From the NCBI GenBank assembly GCA_045863335.1, contig BTVY01000035.1:13279-77278 (forward strand): a stretch of 64,000 nucleotides of DNA. The letters run 5' to 3'. The notes beneath the pieces were generated by a model. The model was given only the letters and a program-made list of their open reading frames with translations. It was not told where the DNA came from and did no database searches. This DNA comes from Candidatus Hydrogenedentota bacterium (GTDB taxonomy: Bacteria > Hydrogenedentota > Hydrogenedentia > Hydrogenedentales > SLHB01). Made by a program: the position numbers and the translations under genes. Shown here piece after piece: positions 29,425 to 38,736 of this stretch. The first letter of the stretch is position 1; each line of letters begins with the position of its first letter.

Positions 29425-29554
29425 GCCAGCCTTCCGTATTACCGAGCGGCCAGTATATCACTGACCGATGCAATCCGATATCGCGCAATGACATGGATCT
29501 CCGTATAATCTCCCGAACGACGGGAGGCGAAATGAAACAGGGCAGACGAATGCC

Positions 29555-30238
29555 ATGAAGCTGTCGGTAGTCATTCCGGTTTACAACGAAGCGGACACGA
29601 TAACCGAAGTGATCCGGCGCGTGCGCGACACCCCCTACGACGTCGAGGTTATCGTCGTGGACGACGGCTCAACCGACGGAACACCGGATCGGTTGCTGGC
29701 TTTAGCGGACGCAGACGACCTATGCCTTCTACGCCACGATACGAACCTGGGTAAAGGGGCCGCGCTGCGGACGGGGTTCGCGCGCGTGACGGGCGACGTC
29801 GTCGTCATTCAGGATGCGGACCTGGAGTACGATCCACGGGATTACGGAAAGCTCCTGGAGCCTATCCTCGACGGGCGGGCAGACGTGGTCTACGGGTCCC
29901 GGTTCCTCGGGGGGCCGCACCGGGTGTTGTTCTTTTGGCACTCCGTCGGGAACAAGTTTCTCACCTTGATTTCAAATGCGGTGACGAATCTGAACCTCAC
30001 GGATATGGAGACGTGCTACAAGGCTTTTCGCGCGGACGTGCTCAAGGACGTTCAGATCCGATCGAACCGGTTTGGAGTCGAGCCGGAATTCACGGCGAAG
30101 GTGGCGAAGCGCGGCCTGCGCATTTACGAGGTGCCCATCAGCTATAGCGGCCGGAACTACGCCGAGGGGAAAAAGATCACGTGGCGCGACGGAGTGGCGG
30201 CATTATTTACGATTCTGCGCTTTCGTCTATTCGAATAA
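29555..30238 (+). CDS. GT2 family glycosyltransferase (DPM1-like)
   Basis: [52 protein letters not shown]. Confidence 0.95.
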   Translation: MKLSVVIPVYNEADTITEVIRRVRDTPYDVEVIVVDDGSTDGTPDRLLALADADDLCLLRHDTNLGKGAALRTGFARVTGDVVVIQDADLEYDPRDYGKLLEPILDGRADVVYGSRFLGGPHRVLFFWHSVGNKFLTLISNAVTNLNLTDMETCYKAFRADVLKDVQIRSNRFGVEPEFTAKVAKRGLRIYEVPISYSGRNYAEGKKITWRDGVAALFTILRFRLFE

Positions 30239-30387
30239 TTGGGCGTTTCACAGACAAGCGCGGACCGATACGGACACACGCTGCAATCTGCGGACGATAT
30301 GGTCAAAGGCCGCTGCAGTTGTGCTAGAATGAGCGGGTGCGGGTGATTCTGTGCCCTGGATGACATGCAACGCATCGAGCAGGGATC

Positions 30388-31446
30388 GTGATGGACATCG
30401 AAAGCTCCGAGAATAGCAGCACCTCGCCAAGTTCCGCGAGCGCCCCGCAATCCTTCGACAAGGAAGCGCTCAAGAAAGTTACGGCCGGATTTAAGCCGGG
30501 CGAGGTCATTGCCGAACGCTACGAAGTCCAAAAGTTGCTCGGCCGGGGCGGCATGGGCATGGTTTACCTATGTTGGGACCGGGAGATGGAACAGCCGGTC
30601 GCGCTGAAGACCCTCCTTCCCCAATACCTCTCCAGCAGCCACGCCGTGAAGCGTTTCGTGCGCGAAGTCAAGGCCGCGCGCCAGCTCAACCACCCCTGTA
30701 TCGTCAAGGTCTACGATGCGCGCCAAATCGGGCCGCTCCTCTTCTACACCATGGAATATGTGGACGGGATCAGCCTCTTCAAGTGGATCCGCAAAAAAGG
30801 GAAGTTGGGGCTTGGTTCGACCGTGCGCATTCTCAGTTTGCTGTGTCACGCGCTGGAGCACGCCCATCAATTCACTGTCCACCGCGACATCAGCCCCGAC
30901 AATGTGATGGTGCTGAAGAACGGACAGGTGAAACTGTTGGACTTCGGGCTCGCGAAACTGACGAACGTGCAGTCCGCGTTCACGATGATCGGCGTGAGCT
31001 TGGGTAAACAGGATTACATGGCGCCGGAGCAGCGGCTGAGCGCCGCGGGTGTCGATCACCGGGCGGACATCTATTCCTTGGGTGTGATGTTCTACCAGTT
31101 GATCACGGGAGAACTCCCGCGCGCGGGGACTACGCTGACCCGCCTGTGCCCGGATCTTCCGCGGGAAGCCGATGAGTTTGTAGAGAAAGCCATGGCCCAA
31201 TCGGCCGATGAACGCTTTCAGAGCGCGAAAGAATACCGGCTGGCTCTGGCGCACCTGTACAAGGTCTGCACAGGCGTCGTCATCCCGGGCACGGACGACG
31301 GCGACATCACGAAGATTCAGTTCGCGGAGGACACCCCGCCGCCGGTCGACACCGACCACTCCGGCACCGCCCAAGCAACTTCCGGTTCCTTCCTGGCGCG
31401 GATACGAACGACGTTGGGAAAGTTCTTGCCGTTCCTGAAGCCGTAG
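30388..31446 (+). CDS. Hanks-type Ser/Thr protein kinase, cytoplasmic
   Basis: GRGGMG.V, VALK, HRDISPDN, DFG, YMAPE, DIYSLG. Confidence 0.92.
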   Translation: MMDIESSENSSTSPSSASAPQSFDKEALKKVTAGFKPGEVIAERYEVQKLLGRGGMGMVYLCWDREMEQPVALKTLLPQYLSSSHAVKRFVREVKAARQLNHPCIVKVYDARQIGPLLFYTMEYVDGISLFKWIRKKGKLGLGSTVRILSLLCHALEHAHQFTVHRDISPDNVMVLKNGQVKLLDFGLAKLTNVQSAFTMIGVSLGKQDYMAPEQRLSAAGVDHRADIYSLGVMFYQLITGELPRAGTTLTRLCPDLPREADEFVEKAMAQSADERFQSAKEYRLALAHLYKVCTGVVIPGTDDGDITKIQFAEDTPPPVDTDHSGTAQATSGSFLARIRTTLGKFLPFLKP

Positions 31447-31448
31447 CC

Positions 31449-32204
31449 CTAACTGCCTTCCAAATAACGGGTCCCTTGCCGCGTTCTCTCCTTCGGCATG
31501 CGTTTCTTCTCCGGAGCCTTCTCCGTCTCGACCGCCACCGACAAATCATCGAACGCCGCGGTCGTGTCCGCAGCCGTCCAGAATCCAACGCCGCCTTCGC
31601 GGCTGATCGTGTCGTCCTTCACGGAGAGCAGTTCTTTACCGTTCAACGCGCACGTGATGCGTTCGCCGGACTGCTGCACCGTCAACGCGTGCCACGTTTC
31701 GGGTTCGATCGCAACAGTCGTCGAAGCCAACTCCTTCGCACGGCCGTCGCTGACGACCCAAACGCGCAGACTCCGAACGGCAGGGTGCAGGTAACAAACG
31801 TAGTAGTCATTCCGATCCTGAATCCGCCACGCCACTCCCGCACCCGGGTCGAGCGTCCCACCGGTGATCTTGAATCGCGTCGAGGCCGTGCCATCGAAGT
31901 AGTTCGCGGCCGGGGTCCAGCATAGATTGAATGTCGATGCCGACTGGTGGTTGGACGCCGTCAGCGCAAGCGCGTTGGCGCCCGAAGGCGCTCCCGGTTC
32001 CCCTGTGACTGCCCACGTCGCGAACGGACCCTCCTGCGCGGTGCCGTCGATGCGCCATCCCGAAGGGAGTTCGCCTGACGCCGCCGAATCGAAGTGCCAC
32101 GTGGGCCCTTCGTCGTCATTGGCCGTTTCCGCGAATCCATGATCCCCCGCGAGCAGCATGAAACTCACGCCCACCGCGAGGACACACCACCTGATCGCTG
32201 TCAT
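31449..32204 (-). CDS. Secreted concanavalin-like / DUF1080-type beta-sandwich protein
   Basis: Signal peptide from MTAIRW; FDS...G.LP.GW, GVAWRIQD..DYY, WH.L.V, G.VGFWT.AD....FDDL. Confidence 0.7.
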   Translation of the reverse strand: MTAIRWCVLAVGVSFMLLAGDHGFAETANDDEGPTWHFDSAASGELPSGWRIDGTAQEGPFATWAVTGEPGAPSGANALALTASNHQSASTFNLCWTPAANYFDGTASTRFKITGGTLDPGAGVAWRIQDRNDYYVCYLHPAVRSLRVWVVSDGRAKELASTTVAIEPETWHALTVQQSGERITCALNGKELLSVKDDTISREGGVGFWTAADTTAAFDDLSVAVETEKAPEKKRMPKERTRQGTRYLEGS

Positions 32205-32260
32205 CAAAAACCTCCAGAACCTTCTTGCAAAGGATGGGTAGACCGTGCCCCATCTTCGCA

Positions 32261-33475
32261 TCAAAGCGACTGTATCCACAACCAGGCCGCGGCAACGGCC
32301 AGCGTAGCCACGGTAACCGGGAGCCCCGTGCGGGCGTGCTCGACCCAGGTGATGCGGATACCGAGGCGTTGCGCCTGGTCGACCACGATGATGTTGGCAA
32401 TGCTGCCGACGATAAACAGATTGCCCGCCAAGGTGCTCGACAGTGCGAGAATTGCGCCCGCGCTGGGATGGGTTGCCGACGGAATCAGCAGCATCGTGGC
32501 GGGTACGTTCGATACGAGATTGGACAGCACGGTCGAAACGATGAAGAGCGTTACGGGCTGTTCGGCATCGATGTGAATTCGGCGAAGCCCTTCCATGACC
32601 TGGCCGAGGACGCCGGAGGTGTCCAGCACGTGATTCACGATGAACAGTCCACCGAAGAGCACCAAAAGATGCCAATCCACAAGGCCGAGAATCTCGCGGG
32701 ATTCCATGCGCCGGCTCATCAGCAAGATACCGGCGGCGCTAAGGGCGGCCACTTCCCGCGGGATGCCGGTGAACAGAAAGACGACCATGAGCACGGCAAT
32801 CACGACTATGCCTTTGCTGCTTTGCCAGACATTGAGTTGCGGCGCGTCAATATGGGGTACGCTGTGGTCGCCCGTCCACCGTGTGCGGTAGAGAATGCAA
32901 ATCACAACCCAAACAACTGCCAGCCCGATCACGCTTGGAACCGATGCATCGATCAGGTAGCCCGTGAAGGACAGGTCCAGTGCCTGGCCGATGAGCATGT
33001 TCTGCGGGTTGCCGATCAGGGTTGCCGCGGAACCGACATTGGCCGCGCAGGCCAGCGCGAGCAGAAAGGGGACCGGGTTGAGCCGCCGCCGGGCGCAGCC
33101 TTCCACGAGCACGGGCGCCATGGCCAAACAGACGATGTCGTTGGCGAGCACGGCCGAGAGAACGCCGCTTACCGCAATGAGGAGCGCAAGCAAGACGCCA
33201 GGCGACACGTCGGCATTAGCAAGTTTGCGTGTTACAAAGGAGTAGAACCCGCCCAGGCGGAACTGGGCCGAAACCACCATGAGTCCAAGCAGAAGCAGTA
33301 TCGTCGGTTCGTCGACGGCGTCCCAAGCCTCCTGTGGTCCGATCTTCCCCAGCACGAGAAAAGCGATCGCGCCAAGCAATGCAATGCCGGTACGGTCGAG
33401 CGCAAGGCCGGGATAGCGGCCAAAGACCATACCCAGGTAAACAAGAATGAAGATGACGAGTACGGCGGTGTCCAT
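32261..33475 (-). CDS. Anion transporter (ArsB/NhaD/YbiR-like)
   Basis: LDRTGIALLGA, LANDIVC, ANVGSAATLIGNPQN, SNLVSNVPA, STLAGN..IVGSIANIIV. Confidence 0.9.
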   Translation of the reverse strand: MDTAVLVIFILVYLGMVFGRYPGLALDRTGIALLGAIAFLVLGKIGPQEAWDAVDEPTILLLLGLMVVSAQFRLGGFYSFVTRKLANADVSPGVLLALLIAVSGVLSAVLANDIVCLAMAPVLVEGCARRRLNPVPFLLALACAANVGSAATLIGNPQNMLIGQALDLSFTGYLIDASVPSVIGLAVVWVVICILYRTRWTGDHSVPHIDAPQLNVWQSSKGIVVIAVLMVVFLFTGIPREVAALSAAGILLMSRRMESREILGLVDWHLLVLFGGLFIVNHVLDTSGVLGQVMEGLRRIHIDAEQPVTLFIVSTVLSNLVSNVPATMLLIPSATHPSAGAILALSSTLAGNLFIVGSIANIIVVDQAQRLGIRITWVEHARTGLPVTVATLAVAAAWLWIQSL

Positions 33476-33520
33476 GGCGCGCAAGTATACGCCCGCGCGC
33501 CATGGACATCACAGATGACG

Positions 33521-35431
33521 TTAGCGCAGGAACGGTCCAACCTGCTCATTGAAGTCGGAGATCGTCATTCGCTCCACGTGCCCGTCGAGAAAGAGCACGT
33601 TTCGCGTGGCCGGTTTGCCTCCGACTGCGGGGATGTCCTCGATGTTGTACATGAGCGGCACCATCGATTGGGCGCGTGCCCGCAGCGCCGGGTCGTTGAA
33701 ATCCACTTCTCCTTGCGTTGCGAGATAGTCCACGGCCATGGCCTCGATATCTTCCTCGGTCATGGCTGGGAACAGGATTTCATAGGAGAGCATGCCGGCT
33801 TCGTGCCAGGGCGAGGTTAACACGTTCGTATCGCTGAGGTACTCTGGATAGACCGTGCAGAATCCGGGCATCGTATATTCGCAATTCTCGTTTGCGAACA
33901 TCTTGTTGACGAGGCCAAGCTGCTTGAGATTGTTCTGGTCGGAGGCGATCATTGCGGACCACTGCGCCGCGACGGCGGTCGCGTCAGTCGCCAGGACCTC
34001 GAATTCAGCCATCATGGACCGGCTGCCGGTATCGCCTTGCGCGCTCAACGTGACGATCTGATCGGGATCACGGTACGCAACTTCGATGAGATTGGGCACA
34101 AAGGGCGCGGGACCGCCCCATAATTGTTGTAGTTCGGCCTCGTGCGCGAGCAAGGCCTGCCCCGGATCGGGCGAGTTCCTGCAACCTGGAATCCCGGGGA
34201 ATGACCTAGTTTGCGGAAGGGCTTGGCCGGAGACGTAGGTAACCACGCGGTTGTCCCGGCTTGCGTACAAATCCGTGGACGCGGTGTAGTCCGGGATCAA
34301 CAGCGAAAGGGCACTCGGGAACTGGCCGTCGTGCGCCTCGGCGTAGGCTCGAAGCGGTCCATACATGGCGCTGACTTCATCAAGGCGCGCCTGCAACAGC
34401 GCGCGCGGATCCTGATTGGGAGAATTCTCGTCGATCCGGCTGAGCTTGACGGCGTAGGAATGGTTCTCGGGGTCCGGCAGGGTCATGTCGCTCGCGAGCG
34501 AAGCGGACAATTCCGGCGAGGTCAACACGACCTCGGTGAACGCGTTGTTGAAGGTCCCGCGTAGGGACCCCAGTTCCTCGCCGCTCGCTATCCGCGTGAC
34601 GATCAGCGTGTTGCCGTCAAGACGCGCTTCGCCAAAATCTTCCATATCGCCATCGGTGACTTGGACGACACCGCCGGTTTCCTCAAACGTCAACGTGTCG
34701 CCGTAATCCACCACCTTGTCGTCGACAAGCACCGCCAGTTGCCAACGGCCGTCGAGCCGCGGACGCGAGGCGATGACGCCGGGGCCTTTAGTGAGGACCT
34801 CAAGGTTGCCCCGATTGCTCAAGATGATCCGCGTTTGCTGCACGTCCTGCAGGATAACCTCGTCGAAGACGCTATCGCCCGGGCGATAGATATGCTGCTC
34901 GCCGGTATCGTTGTTCTTGAGAACCGCCTGCGGGTCCCCCCCTAGCAGCGTGCCGGTGAGCGTCAGCGGAAGCGACGTTTCCGGGAGCGCGGCCGGCGGC
35001 GCCGCTACCGGGGTTCCGTCCAGCGTGGTGTCGTTCTGCGCGATGACTGTTTGGTCGAGGCCCTGGGAGTTGTCGCGATCGATGGCGACGATGGGCGCTT
35101 GGGACTCCGGCGGCCCGCTCATCGGCGCGTTGAAATGGCGGAATGCTGCATACCCGGCAATGGCGGCCACCGCGATCATCGCGACCGCGATGGCGTAAGT
35201 TCGGAACTTTTGCGATGGTGTGCTTTCTGCTTCGCGAATGCGATCGATGACGGGACCGTGCAGTCCCATGGGGATGGCCTGTGTTAACAACATGGTTCGC
35301 ACCCTTTCCAGGTCTTTCAACGTGGCGGCACAGTCCGGACACGCTCGCAGATGGGCCTCGACCGCGCGCCGTTCAGCGGCGGGAAGCTCCTGGTCCAGGT
35401 AGGCCGACAAGTTGGCGTCGTTACAGTTCAT
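33521..35431 (-). CDS. zf-HC2 anti-sigma factor with extracytoplasmic GspC-like and DUF1559/H-X9-DG-like domains
   Basis: LSAYLDQEL...VEAHLRACPDC (HxxxCxxC), single TM, start overlapping the ECF stop; see findings. Confidence 0.85.
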   Translation of the reverse strand: MNCNDANLSAYLDQELPAAERRAVEAHLRACPDCAATLKDLERVRTMLLTQAIPMGLHGPVIDRIREAESTPSQKFRTYAIAVAMIAVAAIAGYAAFRHFNAPMSGPPESQAPIVAIDRDNSQGLDQTVIAQNDTTLDGTPVAAPPAALPETSLPLTLTGTLLGGDPQAVLKNNDTGEQHIYRPGDSVFDEVILQDVQQTRIILSNRGNLEVLTKGPGVIASRPRLDGRWQLAVLVDDKVVDYGDTLTFEETGGVVQVTDGDMEDFGEARLDGNTLIVTRIASGEELGSLRGTFNNAFTEVVLTSPELSASLASDMTLPDPENHSYAVKLSRIDENSPNQDPRALLQARLDEVSAMYGPLRAYAEAHDGQFPSALSLLIPDYTASTDLYASRDNRVVTYVSGQALPQTRSFPGIPGCRNSPDPGQALLAHEAELQQLWGGPAPFVPNLIEVAYRDPDQIVTLSAQGDTGSRSMMAEFEVLATDATAVAAQWSAMIASDQNNLKQLGLVNKMFANENCEYTMPGFCTVYPEYLSDTNVLTSPWHEAGMLSYEILFPAMTEEDIEAMAVDYLATQGEVDFNDPALRARAQSMVPLMYNIEDIPAVGGKPATRNVLFLDGHVERMTISDFNEQVGPFLR

Positions 35432-36002
35432 GTACGTTCTTTCCCAAATACTGTCCATCCCGATCGAGGAGGGTGGCGAGGCGTTTGCGGCCCCGGTGAA
35501 TCCACACCTTGACCTCGTCCAGGGATGCGCCGAGCGTTTCGGCGATTTCGGCATACCGGAGATCGCCGAACTCGCGCAGCATCAGCGCGGAACGATGGTT
35601 GGCGGGCAAGTCCGCCAGCGCGCGATTCAACTGTTCGCGCAGCAGCGACGACTCGGTTGCGCCGTTGTGCTGTGCCAGGAACGAGTCTTCCAAGGGCACG
35701 GATGGCCTGGCGCGCCGGCGGTTGTCCGCAGCCAGGTTGTGGGCGATCGCAAACAGAAATGATCGCGTCGACCCGCCGGGGCGGAGCTTTCGGGCACGCA
35801 TGGCCTGGTACAAGCGGAACAACGACTCCTGCACGATGTCCTCGGCCTCATGGGAGTTCCGGACCATCCCATAGGCATACCCGTAGAGCGGCCCTTCCAG
35901 ACGGGTGCACAGGAGTTCGAACGCGTTCACGTCCCCGCTGCACACACGCTTGATAAGACCCGCCTCATCCAGACTCGTTGGCGACCCACCGTGCATGTTC
36001 AT
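35421..36002 (-). CDS. ECF RNA polymerase sigma factor
   Basis: GD..AFE.L, EAEDIVQE.L, FLFAIAHN...D..RR, LP..HRSALMLRE..DLRYAEIAE.LG.S...VK..IHRGR..L. Confidence 0.92.
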   Translation of the reverse strand: MNMHGGSPTSLDEAGLIKRVCSGDVNAFELLCTRLEGPLYGYAYGMVRNSHEAEDIVQESLFRLYQAMRARKLRPGGSTRSFLFAIAHNLAADNRRRARPSVPLEDSFLAQHNGATESSLLREQLNRALADLPANHRSALMLREFGDLRYAEIAETLGASLDEVKVWIHRGRKRLATLLDRDGQYLGKNVHEL

Positions 36003-36155
36003 CGTTCCGTCATTGTATACGCGGAATCGAATGAGAAGTTACAGTGCGTGATGACCGTGCCGGAAGTTTGCGATCAGAAGCATAGCGGGCGTACGCATGC
36101 CGGACCCGAGGTCAGGTCGCGTTGCAGCGATTGGGATCATGTCAGGCATACGGCT

Positions 36156-37547
36156 TCAATGGATACCTTCTTCCACCCACTGCATGGCTGCTTCGGTCAT
36201 GGCGCGGGGAGCGCTCGCCTGGAGGCGCGCTGTGGCCTGTTCGTATCCGCCGGTATGCACAGCGCGAGGTGTGACCAGATATCCGAGATAATCATTCGCA
36301 AAACCCACGACCATCAGGGGCCGGTCCTTGGATTGACGCACGCGCTGCTTAATTTCGAGACCGTATTCGACGAAAAGCTCGCCCGGGATTCCGACCAGCA
36401 CGAGTGGGCCAATCTGCATTACGTGGACTGGTGCCCGATCGACGAGCGGCAGTGCGCCGGGACGTTCCTGCGTCAGCGTGGCGATTCGCACCCCCCACTC
36501 CGCGGAGTCCAGTTCTTTTTCCAGCCGGAGGATCGCCGCCGCATTGGTCCCGCGCTGTTTCGCATCAGCCAGTTGGTTCTTCAAGTCATCTCGATTGAGT
36601 TCTGCCTCTTTCCGTTCGGGAAATACGCGCGGTTCGACTTCCACATCCTCCAGTCGGCTGTACAGAACTTCCATTTCGGACCGGGGTGCCGTTTCCGCCG
36701 TCTTGATGACTTCCGCGCCGAGGACACGGCCCAGCCGCTCGACCTCGAGGTACGGGTCACCGCTCCGATGGACGGTGACATCGCCGCAGGCGCCCTGCGT
36801 GAACAGGGCAACGCCTCCAATCGCATCTTCGACGAACTGTTCGGCGGCGCCGGGGTACTCTCCACAAATGAGCAAGTTTCCGGAACCCAAAACTACCGGG
36901 TGGCCAGTGAAATTGAACAGTGTGGCAATAACGATGCGCGAATCCGCCTCGGCGATTTTCAACACCCCGACTTCGGGATCGACAACCGTATCGTTGTTCT
37001 GCTGCCGGTTGCGGGAAAAGTGCTCGAGCAAACCCGCGCCATAGGAAAGCTGCGCCGGGCGAAGCTCAGCATAAGCCTCGACAATCGCATCCGTTAGCGC
37101 GTCTCGCATGAACGCGAACAGCTCCGGATTGTGGGGGCCGCCAAACAGGGACTGCTCGGAGAACCCCGCGGGAGCGGAATGGTTGTGCGCGGCGGACAAG
37201 AGAATATGGTCCGGTTTCAGGGTTGTACGCGAAGCCGCTGTTTCCCGAACGGCATCCGCCAGATTGCGAGGCATCCAAAGCAGGTCCGTCGTGACGACAG
37301 CCACGGCATCGTCCTCCGTCGCGCACACGAGCGCCCGCGCAAACACCGGCGACTTCACTCCGGTGAACGTATCGGTGCGGTCGAAGAATCCTCCCATGCG
37401 AGTCGGGAACGGCGGGACGATACTCACTTTTCCTGCGCTAGCCCGCAAGCTGGCGCCGGTCTGCTCGACGGACGTTTCCTGGGCCAGTGAAAAGAAGGTA
37501 GCGCCAAAGAGGGCAAGACCGAAGATGGTGAGCCGGGTGATTGGCAT
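36156..37547 (-). CDS. Secreted neutral/alkaline ceramidase-like hydrolase
   Basis: AHNHSAP, FNFTGHP, GEYPG, FTQGACGD, IPGELF, FANDYLGY, GGYE. Confidence 0.78.
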   Translation of the reverse strand: MPITRLTIFGLALFGATFFSLAQETSVEQTGASLRASAGKVSIVPPFPTRMGGFFDRTDTFTGVKSPVFARALVCATEDDAVAVVTTDLLWMPRNLADAVRETAASRTTLKPDHILLSAAHNHSAPAGFSEQSLFGGPHNPELFAFMRDALTDAIVEAYAELRPAQLSYGAGLLEHFSRNRQQNNDTVVDPEVGVLKIAEADSRIVIATLFNFTGHPVVLGSGNLLICGEYPGAAEQFVEDAIGGVALFTQGACGDVTVHRSGDPYLEVERLGRVLGAEVIKTAETAPRSEMEVLYSRLEDVEVEPRVFPERKEAELNRDDLKNQLADAKQRGTNAAAILRLEKELDSAEWGVRIATLTQERPGALPLVDRAPVHVMQIGPLVLVGIPGELFVEYGLEIKQRVRQSKDRPLMVVGFANDYLGYLVTPRAVHTGGYEQATARLQASAPRAMTEAAMQWVEEGIH

Positions 37548-37678
37548 GATCGTTCACTCCTATTGCGGCGGGCCACGTTGCAACTCTACGCCGGGAGCGT
37601 GCATTCATCAAGTCCTTTCGCTCCGGTAGACGAACGCCTTGAACGAACGGGGCGGGATTGGGGAAGCGGGAGTCGCTC

Positions 37679-37713
37679 TTGACTAAATCATTCGTTTAAT
37701 CTATTTTAGTCGT
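37679..37713 (+). promoter_or_regulatory. Sigma-70 promoter with overlapping inverted repeat (probable TetR operator); likely leaderless mRNA
   Basis: TTGACT-17-TATTTT ends 6 nt before ATG 37714; GACTAAA (37681-37687) and TTTAGTC (37705-37711) form a dyad. Confidence 0.6.
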
Positions 37714-38430
37714 ATGAATAAACCATTGGAGCGCAAAAGACCCGGCGAGGCTACCCGGTCTCGCATTCTCGATGCGGCGGAACTCCTGTTCACGACGCAC
37801 GGCTACGATGGCACGTCCACCAGGGCCATTGCCGATGCGGCACCGGCGAACATCGGCCTCCTTGCTTACTATTTTGGTTCCAAGGAAGGCCTATTCCGAG
37901 CCGTAGTCGCCCGCTGGGTCGAGAAGACCATGGATTATTTTAATCAATCGATCAATAAGAATACCGATACCGCGCAATCCCTTGGCGATCTCTTGAAATG
38001 TTTGGCCCAGATTTCCCAGCCCGTCATGGCGTTGGCCGTCCGGGAATCGCTCGTCTGCGCCCACACACCGGTGTCCCAAGCCGTGACGTCGCTTCTGGAG
38101 GCTCCTCGGCTGCATATTCAGGAGCTTATCGCTGCGGGAATCCAACAGGGGCGATTCAAACCCGTTGACAGCGGTGCGTTCTATCGCGCAGCCATGGGCG
38201 CGTTGGCGACCGCCAGCACAGCGTCAACCCCGACGGGGGGGCTCGTTCAGAACAGCGCGATAGATTTTGCGGTTGAACTCCTCGTCGCGGGGATTCGACT
38301 CGATGCGACGGGCCCGCTAACGGCCACCCCAGCGGCGGATGGTGGGCGATCAGGGTCTGGGAGCGGACATTCAACGGCGACATCGCCGGAGGAGGACGAA
38401 GACCCCTTCGAAATCGGGATGATAGATTGA
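37714..38430 (+). CDS. TetR/AcrR family transcriptional regulator
   Basis: TRSRILDAAELLF..HGYDGTSTRAIA......GLLAYYFGSKEGLF. Confidence 0.92.
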   Translation: MNKPLERKRPGEATRSRILDAAELLFTTHGYDGTSTRAIADAAPANIGLLAYYFGSKEGLFRAVVARWVEKTMDYFNQSINKNTDTAQSLGDLLKCLAQISQPVMALAVRESLVCAHTPVSQAVTSLLEAPRLHIQELIAAGIQQGRFKPVDSGAFYRAAMGALATASTASTPTGGLVQNSAIDFAVELLVAGIRLDATGPLTATPAADGGRSGSGSGHSTATSPEEDEDPFEIGMID

Positions 38431-38589
38431 TTGGACGAGGCACCCTGCAGTTGGCGGCCATGCGCTTTCGCGCAGTCGCAACAGATTTCGCTTGTGCGGT
38501 GATGTTGTGACCGGCATGGCATAGCTCCCCTGGCGAGGCACCTCGCGGGGCACCTCGCGGGGCAGGAGGAAAAAATTTCCCCATACGTC

Positions 38590-38618
38590 TTGCGTGAACG
38601 GGGTCAACATGGTACGAT
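38590..38618 (+). promoter_or_regulatory. Sigma-70 promoter upstream of the TPR operon
   Basis: TTGCGT-17-TACGAT with extended -10 TG. Confidence 0.55.
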
Positions 38619-38736
38619 AACACAAGTTATGATAACCAACCCAACCTGAGCCCTACATATTGTGGATGTGCTTCCACAACGCCGGCGAATGAGGGGTAAG
38701 GATCCGGTTCCATTTCTTGCGGAGTGTGCAGCGGCG

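Noticed and set aside
32205-32675. N-terminal extension of the 31449..32675 ORF
   Set aside because: Overlaps the anion transporter on the same strand; the signal peptide begins at 32204.
38537-38564. 12-bp tandem duplication GGCACCTCGCGG x2.3
   Set aside because: Single short duplication with no other copy seen; probably slippage.
38704-38721. Sigma-54 promoter candidate CCGGTTCCATTTCTTGCG before the TPR gene
   Set aside because: GG-to-GC spacing is 11, not the required 10.
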